This document shows, in pieces, positions 24,356 to 38,599 of a stretch of 64,000 bases of DNA. Origin of the DNA: Octopus bimaculoides (Eukaryota). The DNA is taken from the NCBI RefSeq assembly GCF_001194135.2, contig NC_068988.1, positions 74,378,819 through 74,442,818 on the forward strand, written 5' to 3'. Made by a program: the position numbers and the translations under genes. Position 1 is the stretch's first letter. Each line of letters starts with the position of its first letter. The notes under the pieces were generated by a model, which saw nothing but the letters and a program-made list of their open reading frames with translations, had not been told where the DNA came from and searched no databases.

Positions 24356-26000
24356 AATATATATGAGCTTTTAAATAAGTTCTCCACCAATAATGGTCCT
24401 TTCATACCGATGGGCTTGGTAAAAATTGTTAATTGTTAATTGATTTATTAATTAATAAATTGATAATCCTTTACCCTTTTAATTTGTAATAATTATATAT
24501 ATATATNNNNNNNNNNNNNNNNNNNNNNNNNNNNNNNNNNNNNNNNNNNNNNNNNNNNNNNNNNNNNNNNNNNNNNNNNNNNNNNNNNNNNNNNNNNNNN
24601 NNNNNNNNNNNNNNNNNNNNNNNNNNNNNNNNNTATATATATATATTTTGATATTGATATATAAGGGTAAGATCCAGGGATCCAAGTGTAAAAAGTTTGT
24701 AAGCTTCAAGTAGTCTGTGATGGGTATATATAAAAAAAATGGACAGTGTACAATCAGAAGCAATGATGATTTATTGGCATTGGGGGTTACACACTTTGTC
24801 CCATGTCAAAGTTTTGAGGAAATTTGATAATTTGAAAGTCTCTGTATAGCTCACAGTTAACAACTAAAGTTGCTATGAATGCGAATAAAAATCCAAATTG
24901 AGGGAGTGGAACTGGTAAAATCCAGGCTACATATATTTCTTAGCTAGCTGATCCTCTAATGAAGGCTACTCAACTTAGCTAATCATCAGACCAAGAATAC
25001 ATTAATTACATGAAGGTTACATTGTCGCAGATGTAAGTTGAAGCTAATAGCAAAGCTGGAAAAACAGAATAAAAAAAGCAAATGTTTGAAGAAATAGAAC
25101 AGTCAAGAAGTAAGAAAGGAAAAGACAAAGTCAAATATGTGGGAGTAAGAGTCATATAAGGATGATAAGACTGAAAAAAAGGAGAGGGGGGGGGAGATAG
25201 GTGCAGAAAGTTGCTGTTGTTAAGGGAAAGGAATGGTTGTCTTAACTGAGATGGATAAAGATAGAGACTAGCTGAGCCCAAGGTACTGAGTTCATATCAG
25301 ATAGGCTGGTACTGCTGGGCATCATCTACATCACAGTATACACACACACACCCATTAACCAATACACATACATGCAGACTGTAGTATCAGCATAAGTATA
25401 TATGCATGTGGACTGGGGTTGATTTGTTCAATTAAAACCATCAAAGCCAAACCACAGCATGACTGAAACAAGACTAAAAAGATAATGTATATATATTCAA
25501 ATATAGATACAGTGTATACATAAACATATACATTTATTCTCATCTATTGAAATTAATTGTGTAATGATGTTATGGCTACTTCAGGGGTGCATACAGACAG
25601 AGACACAGGTAGACAGGCAGATAGACAGGTGCATAAACAGAAGGGGAAAGAGTCAACCACCAGCAAGCCTGATGGACAGACAAGCAGACACACAGACAGA
25701 CTGGTAGGTAAACTTACCTACAGACAGACATAGAGACAGTGTTGGTGATTAAATATGTGTATTTAGAGAGCAGTTTATATAGAAATACTATGTGTAAATA
25801 GAGGTGTGTCATATAAGATAAGACAAAGTCTTGTTAACAATCAGCTATTTCATTTTATAGAATTAACAGGTTCCATCCTAACTTCACTTAATTTAGTGAT
25901 TGTCAGTTTATGTATGAGTGTGTGTGTGTGTGTGTGTGTATGCATGTGTGTGTGTGTGTATGTGTGTATATATATATCTATATATATTTATATATATTTA

Positions 26001-28291
26001 TCAGGTCATCCCATAAGTTTTATTCGATTTTACCATTATGAAAATTGAATGAAATTTAGTAGTATTTTAGAATGTCTAATGGAATTAAAAATTATTTTTA
26101 TGCATTTGTGTACATTTAAACTAATTAAATATTATTTTACAGAATAATAGAATTAAAATTTCTTTGATTAAAACCCTTTCTAACATGAAAGTACCCAAAG
26201 AGCATTTGAGGTACATAATGCTTTATGAGTACAAAAAATGAAACTCTGCAGCCGAAGCAACTCGAAACATACACACAGTTTATGGGAAAGAATGCTTGAA
26301 TGAAAGAACTTGCAGAAGATGGTTTGCAAAATTCAGAAGTGGAGATTTCAGCCCTGAAGATGGAGATTGAACAGAACATCCAGTTGAGTTTGATGATAAG
26401 CTCTTTGAAGCATTACTTGAAGAAAATCCTGCATTATCAGTTGAAGAATTGGCAATAAAGTTTAGTTCAAACCATACAACTGTTCATCATCATCTTCAAC
26501 AACTTGGAAAGGTTCCTAAACTTGGAAAATGAGTGCCTCATGAATTGTCCGAAAGCAACCGCAAATCCCAAGTTGACATCTGCCCTTCTCTCCATTCTCG
26601 CAAACTCATTTCACCCATTTTGGATAGACTTGTGACTGGTGATGAAAAATGGATCTTCTATTGAAATGTTAAATGTTGTAAACAGTGGCTTGGTGAAAAG
26701 GGAAAAAGCTCAACCACAACTAAGAAGGGTACTTCATGGGAAAAGGTTCTTCTCTCTATCTGGTGGGATTGCAAAGGAGTAATTCACTTTGAATTTGTAG
26801 TGGAAGCTTCTCTCTCGGTTGTATATTTGTAAATGTGGATGTAGCGGGTAATATCTAGCCTTTGGCTGGCCTTGGACCCTGCTGTGTCCGTCACCCTGAT
26901 TGGCTGTTATTTGCACTGTATTTGCCACCAGTTTTATTTCACGCCAGGGTGCATAGCAACCAATCATGGCCTTCTGATAAGTTCATGTGAGAGACTGTTT
27001 TCTGATGCTTCTGGAGCCCATTTATTCCTATAAAATAGCCTGCTTTATCCACGCCAGTTTGTTGTGGCTTCAACCTTCTGAGGTCTGGCCGTGGACCACA
27101 CAGAACACCAACCAGCCAGCTTCCAGCGATGACAACAACACCACAGTTCAACAGCTTACTGCAAACTCCATTTTCGACGCCACCATCAGCTTCTTCGTCG
27201 CCAGCGTCTACTCAACGTACACACTACCAAACAACGCCTGCACAGGTTCACTCAATACTGTTGTGAAATATTTTCACCAAGGTTAACAGAATTCAACCTG
27301 TGAGGGACTTCTGTATCAAGTAACCGGCTCCGCATAGATGCCTCAACCTCACGACATGTGACTTAGCTCTGCTTCAACACCACAACCTGTTATATACAGA
27401 CTTTCAATCTATTGTGTACCTCAACCAAGAACTGGTATTTCTTATCCTTGTGTTCAGGACGCTTAACGTCCTTGTTACAGACACTTTTCTATGCTCTGTA
27501 TTCTGTCGCACACACATACACATATTTGTATACATACTCTATTGTTTACATGACGCCCTGTCTTATATTGTGTTATTATGCCGCATTCACGCACACACAG
27601 ACACACATTTTAATGCTCTAATAAAACTTTCTCTTTGTTCATCTACCGGTTGTGTCTCTCTCTTTTCGTTGTTGGCCCTCTTCTTACGACATGTGAGTTC
27701 GCTTATGTTATTATATTTTGTGTCGACTTTGTGACACGTTAAAAGGAGCCATTCCATTCGTCTCCATTCTCCTTGGTTTGCATGGTCATTCTACAAATTG
27801 TTACCATCTAATGCAACAATCAATGCTCAAGTCTACTGTCAGCAATTAGAGCGTTTGAACCAAGCTTTGAAGAAAAAAGACCCGCTTTAGTGAATCGAAA
27901 AGGAGTGATGTTTCATCAGGACAATGCGCAACCCCACACTGCAAAGATCACATCACAGAAGATCGAAGAGCTTGGTTGGGAAAAAATTCCTCATCCACCT
28001 TATTCTCCTGACCTTGCTCCTTCAGACTACCATTTGTTTTATAGTTTAAAGAATCATTTGGGGGACATGACTTTTGTAAGCCAGGAGGAGGTCGAAACTG
28101 ACATTTCAGAGTTCTTCACTTTGAAACCAAAAGAGTTTTACATTGGTGGGATTAAAAAGCTTGTAAATAGATGGAAGGAAGTCTTAGATAATCAGGGAAA
28201 GTACACTGATGGTTAAATTTCAATTAGATATAACATTTGATCACTTGTTTTCTTTATTCAAAATTCGGACAGAACTTATAGGATGACCTGA
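26001..28291 (+). mobile_element. full-length decayed mariner (DD34D) with both TIRs and TA TSD, interrupted by a solo LTR
   Basis: TA|tcaggtcatcccataagtt..aacttataggatgacctga|TA; MKVPKEHLRYIMLYEYKK, TGDEKW, SIWWDCKGVIHFE|LLP, HQDNAQPH, HPPYSPDLAPSDYHLF. Confidence 0.95.
26796..27795 (+). mobile_element. solo LTR, 1000 bp, 4-bp TSD AATT (Gypsy-like)
   Basis: aatt|TGTAG...CTACA|aatt; removing it restores the transposase reading HFELLP; CCAAT-like gattgg at ~26899, TATAAA at ~27029, AATAAA at ~27620. Confidence 0.9.
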
Positions 28292-28316
28292 TATATACTC
28301 ACACACGCACACATGT

Positions 28317-28692
28317 AGCTGTGTGGAAGAAGCTTGCTTCCCAACCACATGGTTTTGGTTTCACTTCCACTATGTGGCTCCTTGGGTAAGTGTCTTCTCC
28401 TATATAGCCTCAGGGTGACCAAAGCCTTGTGAGTGGATTTGGTAGATGGAAACTGAAGGAAGCCCATTGTATATATATGTTTGTGTCTGTGTCTGTCCCC
28501 CCACCATCGCTTGGCAACCGATGTTGGTGTGTCTACATCCCAGTAACCTAGCAGTTCAACAAAAAAGCCCAATAGACTAAGTACTAGGCTTACAAAGAAT
28601 AAGTCCCAGGGTGGATTTGTTGGACTAAAAACCCCTTAAGGTGGTTCTCCAGCTTGGCTGCAGTTAAATGACTGAAACAAATAAAAGAATAA
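28317..28692 (+). mobile_element. SINE family A, full length (tRNA-like head, central (TG/TA)n, aataaa-type tail)
   Basis: A/B-box-like head gctgtgtgg..ggtttc; colinear with 54516-54892. Confidence 0.9.
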
Positions 28693-29599
28693 AAAAATAA
28701 AACATATATNNNNNNNNNNATATATATGTATGTATATGTATATATATGTATATATACTAGACTACCCATGACCCGTTGGGTCATCGGGAAAGTCTGAGTT
28801 TCCCAGCAACAGAGTTTTGTTTCATGGGCATTTTTATACTTTTCCAGGTTATTTCAAATGCTTTCAACGAATGTGACATTGAGATCATGTGTAAATGGTT
28901 CCATACCCCAGAAAAGGAAAGATTTGGCTGCTATTTCTTACACAACCTGCTACCACGTAACAGGTATTTTGGGTCCTTTATCGCAAGTAGCTGTTACGTG
29001 GTAGCAGGGCATGCTAGAAATAGCAACCAACTCTTTGGAGGTGAGATACATTGATGGCACTAAAAAAAACCTATGGAAAAATATTATTTCGCACCAAGGT
29101 TACGGATGGGTCTTTTACAAAATATTTACCATCTTTTTAAAGTCATTTTAACTTTAAAATATTTTTAAAATATGCCAAAAAAATTTTTGTAATAGTATTC
29201 ACTTGAAAATAACTTAAAAAACATTAAAATATTGTCTGTTTAAAGAAAGCTAAAATATAAATACTTACTGTACAAACAACTTACATTTTTGAAATCACAT
29301 TCACTTGAAAATATTTCTAAATGATTAAAATATTGTATTTAGCTAAAGGGAAAATAGAAACATTTACTGTGATGTTGTGAAGTCACTGTGTCTAATTGAA
29401 AGGTTTGAGTTTCTTCCCTTTCAGGATGAAGTTATATGTGGAACATTGTAAAATATTGCTTATGCATGCAAGGAGAGAAGGTTCCATTTTTAATGTTTAA
29501 TACGTTATCTTTTAATTGGTTGATGTTTAGCTTTTCAGTAATGCAAAGCTCACATTTGGTACCCCCTCAATTGGATTTTCTAGTTTTAACAATGGTGCT

Positions 29600-29930
29600 C
29601 TATGTTATCTAGGGGTTGCTTACTCTTCCTTCTTTTAGTGTCCATAGGGATGTTAAGTGTCTTTTATTTTTGTATCTGAGTGACACCAGATACTGTGTGT
29701 ATCTTTCCTTGAATAAGTTGCCTGTCTTTGTTACTCTGTCGGAGTCTGTGATTTTGGCGTTGTATACAAGTTCTCTTTCCAAGTAGCTATTATTTAGAGG
29801 ACAGCAGTTTAGAGATCTACAATTACAGTGTGTTTTTTTCAGGAGTAATCCAATTTTTCTATGTGATTGGCTTGAAGAATTGCTAAGATACTTTTTTAAC
29901 ATGAAGCCTATGGTAGCTTTAATACACGAA
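29600..29930 (-). mobile_element. PLE GIY-YIG remnant
   Basis: CNCRSLNCCPLNNSYLERELVYNAKI..FKERY..SLR..LTSLWTLKE (ORF 29609-29902). Confidence 0.75.
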
Positions 29931-29984
29931 TAAGGAACCTTTATCCACCAATGCAGTGTTGAGCACTCATTCTCATTGTTTGGA

Positions 29985-30145
29985 GATTTTGACAGAAAGA
30001 GGGAGAGTTGTAGACCATGTTTTCTGACTACCAGAAGGATGAATACCCAAGAGAACTATACAATGGGTACCACCAAAGAATGAAGAGGGATACTCAAGAA
30101 GAGATGGCACACCACCTTCAAAGAAGGTGGGTGGCAACTTAGCAT
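29985..30145 (+). mobile_element. RTE-type 3' ORF remnant
   Basis: DHVF.LPEG.IPKRTIQWVPPK..RG.SRRRWHTTF. Confidence 0.6.
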
Positions 30146-30271
30146 CACTTGGGATGATGCTGGCATCTATGCTCAAAACCAGGGTTGTTGATGTCATGCT
30201 GTTCAATGTACAAACCAACTACACAAGAGGAACTAAGACTAATGCTAAGATATATGTAGAAGTATGTGTAT

Positions 30272-30600
30272 CTTTGATCTTTTATTTGTTTCAGTCATTC
30301 GACTGTGGCCATGATGGGGCACCACCTTGAAAAATTTTTAGTTGAACAAATCAACCCTAGTACCTATTTATTTTCTAAAGCCTGGTACTTATTCTATTGG
30401 TCTCTTTTGTCAAACTGCTAAGTTACAGGGATGTAAACACACCAACACTAGTTGTTAAGCAATCGTGAGAACAAACACAAACACAAAGATTCTCCTTCAC
30501 ACATACACACACATGATGGGCTTCTTTCAGTTTCTGCCAACTAAATCCACTCACAAGGCTTTGGTTGACCTGAGGCTATAGTGCTATATTAGAAGACACT
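30272..30600 (-). mobile_element. SINE family A copy, truncated at the (TACA)n block
   Basis: Reverse complement of 28390-28690. Confidence 0.85.
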
Positions 30601-30784
30601 TGCATACATACATACATACATACATACATACATACATACATACATACATACATACATACATACACACACACATGCATACATACATACATACATACATACA
30701 CACATACATACATACATACATATGCACAAGTGAGTGGACAAATGAAAGAAAGTGGCACACAACACAGTTGGTAGGAGGTACATA

Positions 30785-30957
30785 TGAGGAGGTGCTGAAA
30801 AGTTCTTGGCTTTAAGTGTATCACTGAAAGCCTTGCTGGAGGTCTGGTACAATAAGTGTGTAAATCTGAGAAGGGAATATGTTCAATAAAATCATAATTA
30901 ACTGATCCTACTGTATTTTCTTTTAACCAAAGTCAGGAATTTTTCAGCCCCTCCTTG
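30785..30957. mobile_element. mariner-type MITE (~173 bp) with TA flanks
   Basis: ta|tgaggaggtgctgaaaagttcttggcttt...aaagtcaggaatttttcagcccctccttg|ta. Confidence 0.75.
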
Positions 30958-31194
30958 TATATTATTTCTAACAGCTTAACTCAGCACTATACAACATAAA
31001 GATTTGTAATCTCATAGGAACTATCACTTTTGGACCAATAGGTCCATGTGATGTGAGTTGACCAATGGAGGACTATTATCTGAGAGCCAATATAAATTTG
31101 TCTCTAATCTCTTTACTCTTTTGTAGATATCCAATAAAATACGTTCATCCTACAAGCTTATGAATCAAACTGATATATATATATATATATATAT

Positions 31195-31678
31195 ATAACC
31201 AAATTCGATGACTGGCATCTGTGCCAGTGGAGCGCTAAGAGCACCGTCCGAGCGTGATCATTACCAGAGCAGCTGTCTGGCTTCCATACCAGTGGCACGT
31301 AAATAGCACCATTTGAGTGTGATCGTTACCACTGTCGCCTTACTGGTACCTGTGCTGGTGGCACATGAAAAAACATTTGAGCGAGGTCATTGCCAGTGCC
31401 ACTGGACTGGCTCCTGTGCAGGTGGCATGTAAAAAACACCATTTTGAGCATGGCCATTGCCAGTACTGCCTGACTAGCTCTCGTGCTGGTGGCACGTAAA
31501 AGCACCCACTACACTCTCGCAGTGGTTGACGTTAGGAAGGGCATCCAGCTGTAGAAACTCTGCTAGATCAGATTGGAGCCTGGTGCAGCCTTCTGGTTCG
31601 CCAGTCCTCAGTCAAATCGTCCAACCATTGCTAGCATGGAAGGTGGACGTTAAACGATGATGATGATGATGATGATAC
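31195..31678 (+). mobile_element. RTE-tail short retroposon
   Basis: Colinear with 17870-18331. Confidence 0.9.
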
Positions 31679-31746
31679 ACACACACACACACACACACAC
31701 ATACATGCACACACATAAGCATATTCATGAGCACACACACAAACAC

Positions 31747-31790
<44 letters not shown>

Positions 31791-31799
31791 GTATATATG

Positions 31800-32000
31800 T
31801 GTGTCATCATCATCATTTAATGTTCACTTTTCATGCTGGCTTGGGTACAACAGTGTGACAGATAACTGGTGAGCTGCCGAGCTGTGGCAAGTTCCAAAAG
31901 CATCTTTGGCATGGTTTCTACAGCTGAATATTTTCCTCATGCCAACCACTTTACAGAAAATACTGGATACTTTTTCTGTGCCACCAACACTAGTGAGGTT
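31800..32000 (-). mobile_element. RTE-tail short retroposon, diverged
   Basis: catcatcatttaatgttcacttttcatgctggc..gcatggtttctacagctg matches the family 3' end. Confidence 0.7.
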
Positions 32001-32559
32001 ACCATGTAACTTGCAAGACAGAAGAGAACAGACAAAAAGGAAAGGGAAAATGCTTCCACTACTAAGAGAAACCATTTGGGAAGAGAAGCTGGAGGTGGGT
32101 AGTTGTATGCCAGGCATTGACGGGCTAAAGTATGATAGAGGGACAAACACAGGTGTCTTGCTGTAGAGTAGATAAATGGCTGATGAAGATAAGAAGAATG
32201 TAGTATGGGGTGCTAGAACAAACTCTCAAGGAACAAGAAGGTGAACATAAGAGAGAGCAAAGACGGTCATGGGAGGGGATGAGAGAGTGGATGCTTTCAC
32301 AAGAGTGTGAGGGAGGAATAAACAGGTGGAAGTTGAGGTTAATGTAGTGAGTGATGAATAATGGTGGTGGTACAGATAGTGGGAAAAACCAGTGTGTAGA
32401 AGAGTCAAGTGGGAGATACAGGAGTGGCTCAGGATGGACAATAGAACAGAAAGTAGTAGAATGATGCACAAGATACCGGGGCAGTAGAGAGGAAAATATA
32501 AGGAAACAAAAGGGGATAATGTAGTGGGTCATGATGGTAGACATGAGATATTTTTGCTA

Positions 32560-33290
32560 TAATGGGTGGGTCTTCTTGAATGCAGCAAAATACCAATCAT
32601 CTCAGTTCTTTGTCATCTCCTCTGCTAGATTCAGCATCTTGAGATCAGCCTCTGATACTTGAAGTGATTGGTACTTTCTGCAACTGTCCTCATCTACACA
32701 CATTTCATGACCAAACTAGTATAGTCCTCTCTCTTGCAAACTACATCTGATTCCTGTTACACCTAACTTTTCTCTCAATACATTTATACTTTGTCATACA
32801 TAGAAGCTTTCAGAACCTCTTTTTCCATATTGGTTTGTGTCTCTGGATCAATCTGGACGTAAGTCTGAAGTCACTAACCACTAACCTATGTTGAGTTGCA
32901 CATTCTTCATCTGAGAAGCACTTTGCATTCACAAGTATCTGCCTATCCCTGTTTCTGGTGAGAATGTTGGCAATCTAGCTTATGTGCCCACCACATTGAT
33001 AAGTGATCAGATGGTTGGCAGGTTTCCTGAAATTAGTAATGTAGGTCACAAAATCACTTGCATCGCAAAACTCCAGTAGCCTTGTTCTCTTCCCGTTTCT
33101 AGAACCAAAACTGTAACATTCATGCATGCCATTTGAGTGCTACCCATCAAACAATTGAAGTTACCAACCATGATAACGTCTTTCATTGTTAAGGTAGTCT
33201 GTGAATGGGATTCATAGAAACAATCCCTCTGTTCATCTGCCAGTCTGGCATGCGGATTGTATGTAGAGATAAATGTCATTGCTACAAGAG
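32560..33290 (-). mobile_element. RTE endonuclease-region fragment
   Basis: TFISTYNPHA..DEQRDCFYE..VIMVGNFN (ORF 33046-33279) followed by decayed RTE peptides. Confidence 0.7.
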
Positions 33291-34292
33291 TATTCTGAAT
33301 TTAATAATCCTATCACATACTCTGACTATCTCAGTCACTTTATCCACCCATTTCTCCACCAAAAGCATATGTACACCACCTACCCCATCACTACTACCCA
33401 CCCAGAAGAATTGTATCTTTTACACACAGCACACATCTACACGCCCCTGCTCAAGCTTTTCAGCAACTTCACCAGACCAACCTTTCATTGAGCTAACAGA
33501 AGCTCTAAGCTTATTGACTTGCAAAGCATGAAAGGGTAGTCTGGGGGCTATTTTAAGCATCTGGAAAAAGATTCTTGTGAGCATTTGCCTAGTGGCAACA
33601 GAAATTTGTACATGTGAGTGGAAACAAGTATTGGCTGCAACATGAATTATAATTTCCTTCAGGCCCTCAGAGCTTTCAGAGGTAAGGAAATGCTAGTAGA
33701 GGGGATGAGTAGATAGGATTAAGGAAGGAAAGAGGGAAAGCTTATGACTGGCCCCTAGCACCATCATCAACGTCGTCATGGTCATCATCATCATTGTCAT
33801 CACCAATCAACATCCACTTTCCATGTCACTTGCATGCATTTACCCACACACACACACACACAAATACATGTAGGCCATAAACACATACATATGTAAACAA
33901 ATAAACACCATGAACATACATGCTCAAACACACATATGTAAATACATACATATAGACTCACAGGACATTTATATAGAAATATGCACCTATATACACCCGT
34001 GTACACCCATATAACATGACACAATTGTTATATTGTCATCCACAAATATCTATGTAAATATTTACACACATATATACATATAATCTTTCTTATGCACACA
34101 GATATATACAGACACTGGCAGTCATGTATATGTATGCTCACACATTCTTCACAAAAGTCAGTGAAATGTGAGTGGGAATGGTAAGGGGGATGAATTGAGA
34201 TTGCATGTGTGTGTGTTGCACGTTTCTTTCATGTTGTCCTCAACAAGAATTTAAAACTTATTTACCATTACACTAATAAGAGATAAATCCAT

Positions 34293-35135
34293 GGTGTCCA
34301 GTCAATTCGTCAATGGCAATTTGTCATCATTTAATTTGTCCCCAGTCAATTCATTATTGGTTAATTCATCCCCAGGTCAATTCGCCGTCAGTCAATTCAT
34401 CGAGATCATAGGAAAAATGGAAGAACAAATATCTGAATTAAAAGACATTTATTTTAAGGTTTACTGTATTACAAATATATTTTTTCTTAAAATTTAAGAT
34501 TGCATGCAATTACTTTTAGAAAAATTATTTTTTTGCTTGGATCATTTTGCCATGACATTTTTTATATGCAGGTTCATATCTGTATTTTTTCCTTTTGACT
34601 TGGTTCATCTTTCATAAACTTCTGCAATTTGGTACTGGCAAACCTTTCCTCACATTTAATCACATCAATAAGTTTCCAAATATTTGGATGACTAATATTC
34701 ACTGTGTTTTTCAGCACACTGTGGTAGGCTTCTGAACTATTTGTAGTACGAGCAACCTCCGCCATACATCGCTCCCAGATATTCCACATAGGTAATGGAA
34801 ATGGAGGTTCAAGGCATCGCCTCCTCTGTCCTCTTCCTCTAGGTGGTCCTATATAATTATTATCAAAATAGGATACAACTGACTGTGGAATATCATCATC
34901 ATCAGCAAGTTGTTCCTATCCATCTACAACATCATCAACTGGCAGGAAGGCAAGGGCAACAAAACACTGCACTTTTAGACTAAAACTGTCATCTTTGTGA
35001 TATCTACATTTTAGTCCTTCTTGCACAACATGCTTGTACACATTTTGTCCTAAATGAAACAAGCAGCATGCCAAATTTGACACAGGGACAAATTAACCAA
35101 TGACGAAATAACCAGGGATGAATTGTCCTTGCACC
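34293..35135 (-). mobile_element. internally deleted MULE (Mutator-like) element, 8-bp TSD AAATCCAT
   Basis: aaatccat|ggtg..cacc|aaatccat; TIRs with gtcaattc subrepeats; minus frame GCLFHLGQNVYKHV..CFVALAFLPVDDV..YFDNNYIG..MWNIWER..RTTNSSEAYH..HPNIWKLI. Confidence 0.9.
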
Positions 35136-38100
35136 AAATCCATAAAGAGATCCATCATAATATCTCTGGAAGAAATTTAAAGTTATTTACCACTAGCTTA
35201 AAAGCTGCTCTTCATACAGACTTTTAAGCTAGCATCTGTGGATGACTTTGGGCCTGCAGCCCAAAACTAAAGAGAGCTAAATAGCATGACTATATGTCCC
35301 TGTGGTGTTTGATCAGAGCTTAAGGACAGATGAGAATTAATTCTGTAATGCAATCATTCTATTGTTCTAGTTCCAATTTGAATTCCGACTGTTGGTCAAT
35401 TTGTCCCAAAGTTTTTATCTTGACATAAAATTAATGAAGTGAATGTCATTTATTTCCCCCTTGATTTCTGATGTCATCTGAAAAAAGCTAACCAATCAGC
35501 CAAGCTTTATCTGCTACAAATAGCAACCCAAATGTTTTTAAATCATATCCCAATGCTGGATGTTCAAGAGCCAAATAAAGGACAGATTTTTAATCCTGGG
35601 ATCATCCTGATTTCAAAAAGGTATAATATGTCTATGTAGAGCAAATATAGACTTAGACACAGGGGTCCCAAACAGAAATTTGTTTTTATTATTATAGATT
35701 ACTACTTACAAAATAGTGTGTGTGTATATAATTATGTGTGTGTGTATGTATTATGTGGATGTGTGTGTGTGTATACATATACCTATGCATGACTCTGTGT
35801 GTGTTTGTGTGTGTGTGTATTATGTGGATGCATGTGTGAATACATATATCTGTGCATGTGTGTGTGTGTGTATACATGATAGAATATGCACGTGTATGTA
35901 TGTGTATGCATGTGAGTGTAAGTTTGTATGTATTTGTATTTGACTTTTAATATCGGAGGAGGGGTGTCTTGTTTGTATTTTCCTGCTAATTTTTTTTCAT
36001 TTCTTAGATCTTCACTGCCTATATAATACAGGATGGGGTTGGAGTAATTGAATAATTGTTGCACCTGCTGAGTAAGCAAGGTTTTCACCTATGTTTGTAT
36101 GTGTGTGTGTGTGCATGCATGCATGTGTGCACACATGTATGTGCATGTGTGTGTATGTGTATGTATGTGCATATGTGTGAATGTGTGTCTTTGTATTTGA
36201 ATGTATGTGTGTATATATGTATATGTATGTGTCTGTGTGTGTATATGTGTGTATGTGATTGTGTATGTCTGTGTGTGTATGAATATGTATATGTGCATAT
36301 ATACATGTGTGTGTGTGCACACTTTTACTGGCATGACACTCAGCCAAAACTCATTAGCCTATATCTGTCATTAAAATATACATTCAACAGGTTTAATCTG
36401 TGTTAATCCGTATTAATAAAGATTATCTACCAAAACAGAAATTATTAATCCATTTGTATACACAAGAGGAAGTTGAAGCACTTTGATAAAGTTTAACAAG
36501 GTACTTTGTTACAGGTGTTTACATTAACAATATTTAGAAAATTAATTTTCTAGATGCAGATTACTATCTTCATCCAACTCTACTTCATACATGGAAATGG
36601 GGAGGGCTGACTGAAAGGTCATGTGATGACCTTTCTTAAAGGACAATGAGATTGGACCAGGTGCCATACAGTCAGAAATACCTTCTTAGTCACATATTTC
36701 AACAACCATAACCTCCTTTACTTTGTTGTAAAATGAATAATGTAAATTTAATTGTTTTTTAACTTTGAAATTATCATGGTGGATTGATAACCCATTAATG
36801 GATAGCTCTAATCATTAAATATCAAACATGAAAATAATTATGGCACTAATTAACACAATTAATTAAAACTGATTTTATACATTTGTGCAAGGAACATATG
36901 TTCAGTTTCAAAATGGTAGCAGCAAGAGCAGCAGCAGTAGTTGTAGTTGATGGCCTCAACCTCAATAAATAACTGGTGCATAGTTTATGGCCCCAAAAGT
37001 AATAAAAGAGGTTTTAAAGTGATTTCAGTGTAACTCAGATTTATGAAGATCCAAAGTAAATACTAGGTGACATAGTTTGTTTCTCCCACTCTACACCACA
37101 TCAAAAGATATCAATAAACTTTATAACATGTAGTCAATACATTTTCTCTTATTTGTATATTCATCCCACACTCTTGCAATCTTTACCAACCTAGCCCCAT
37201 CCATCAGCTCTATCTCTTATCCTTTGCCTATCTACTATATCATTATTTGTAGTATTCTGCTGCTCTTCACTCTGTATAGTCAGTCATTACCTCCTTGATC
37301 CTGGGCCACTTCTGTCAACATTTATCCCTCTTTCTTATCACCTTCTCCCAACTGATATTTACAGTTCACTACCCCTCTACACTTGTTTACCATTCACTAC
37401 ATTCATTCCTACCCTCATCTCTCACCATCTCTCATTATCCACATACATTTTGTAACTTTTACCAACTCATCCTTCCTGATGTGAGTGGGAATCAAGCATC
37501 TTATCATACAGCCATACCTCAACATCCAGAAGTTTCTATTGATACATCTACTCTCAAAATCTTGTTATGGGCTGGAGAACCATCATAAATGGAATGAACA
37601 CTAATGATCACCTTCCTGATGACTGTAGATGTCTCACTGACCTCATTGCTAACTCTCATCTCACTGACAACATACTTGTGCATTATTAATATGATTTTCT
37701 CACAATTCCTTCATCTCCACCTTGTTCTCTCAGCAACCACCAGACTATAGTGCATGGCACTCTGTCAAAGGTTTTCTCCAAGTCAACAACTGCTACATGA
37801 AGTAGCCTGGGTCTTACTTAAAACTTCCTCTGTTCATGTCTCATTAAGAGTGGGTATTAGTGCTACCCTATCTCAACACAAACTTGAACTGCTTCTTATC
37901 TCAACTAATTTTTTTCCTAATTAGGCTTAGTTGTGCTCTATGTTTTACTGTTGATTTCATCACCTGTTCCATTTATCTAATGCTTCTTCAGCAAATCCTT
38001 TCTACAAAATCTCCTTTGCTCTAGTAGTAGTTAATGAATATATTGATACATCAGTCATTGAGAATAACCCCTCTGGCATTACCTTATAGATTATTTGACT

Positions 38101-38263
38101 GACATGCACTTGATATACTTCATTAGATATTTTCAATATCTCAATGACTATCTCTTACAGTCCAGCTGCTTTTGTTAAAGGATTCTTTGACTAGGTACCT
38201 GTATAGTTTAATAGCTGCTTCCTCTGTTGAGTCTACTTGGTCACCCCTCTCGTACTTGATTTG

Positions 38264-38354
<91 letters not shown>

Positions 38355-38397
38355 CACTCACCCTCCTCTCTCTCATTCCCTCTTTGTGTATAGGTGT

Positions 38398-38553
38398 GGG
38401 TATGGTTGTGTGGTTTAGAAGCTCACTTTGCAACCTCATGGCTTTAGGTCCAGTCTCACTGTTTGGAACCATGGAAATGTGACTTCTACCATAGCCCTGA
38501 GGTGATCAATGTCTTGAGAGTAAATTTGGTAGATGGAAACTGCATAAAATTCC

Positions 38554-38599
<46 letters not shown>

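Noticed and set aside
36008-36071. AG..GTAAGC exon candidate
   Set aside because: Stops in all three frames and no supporting context; chance sites are common in AT-rich DNA.
36554-36617. Exon candidate encoding DADYYLHPTLLHTWKWGGLTE
   Set aside because: Weak donor (GTCATG), no recognised homology and no compatible neighbouring exon.
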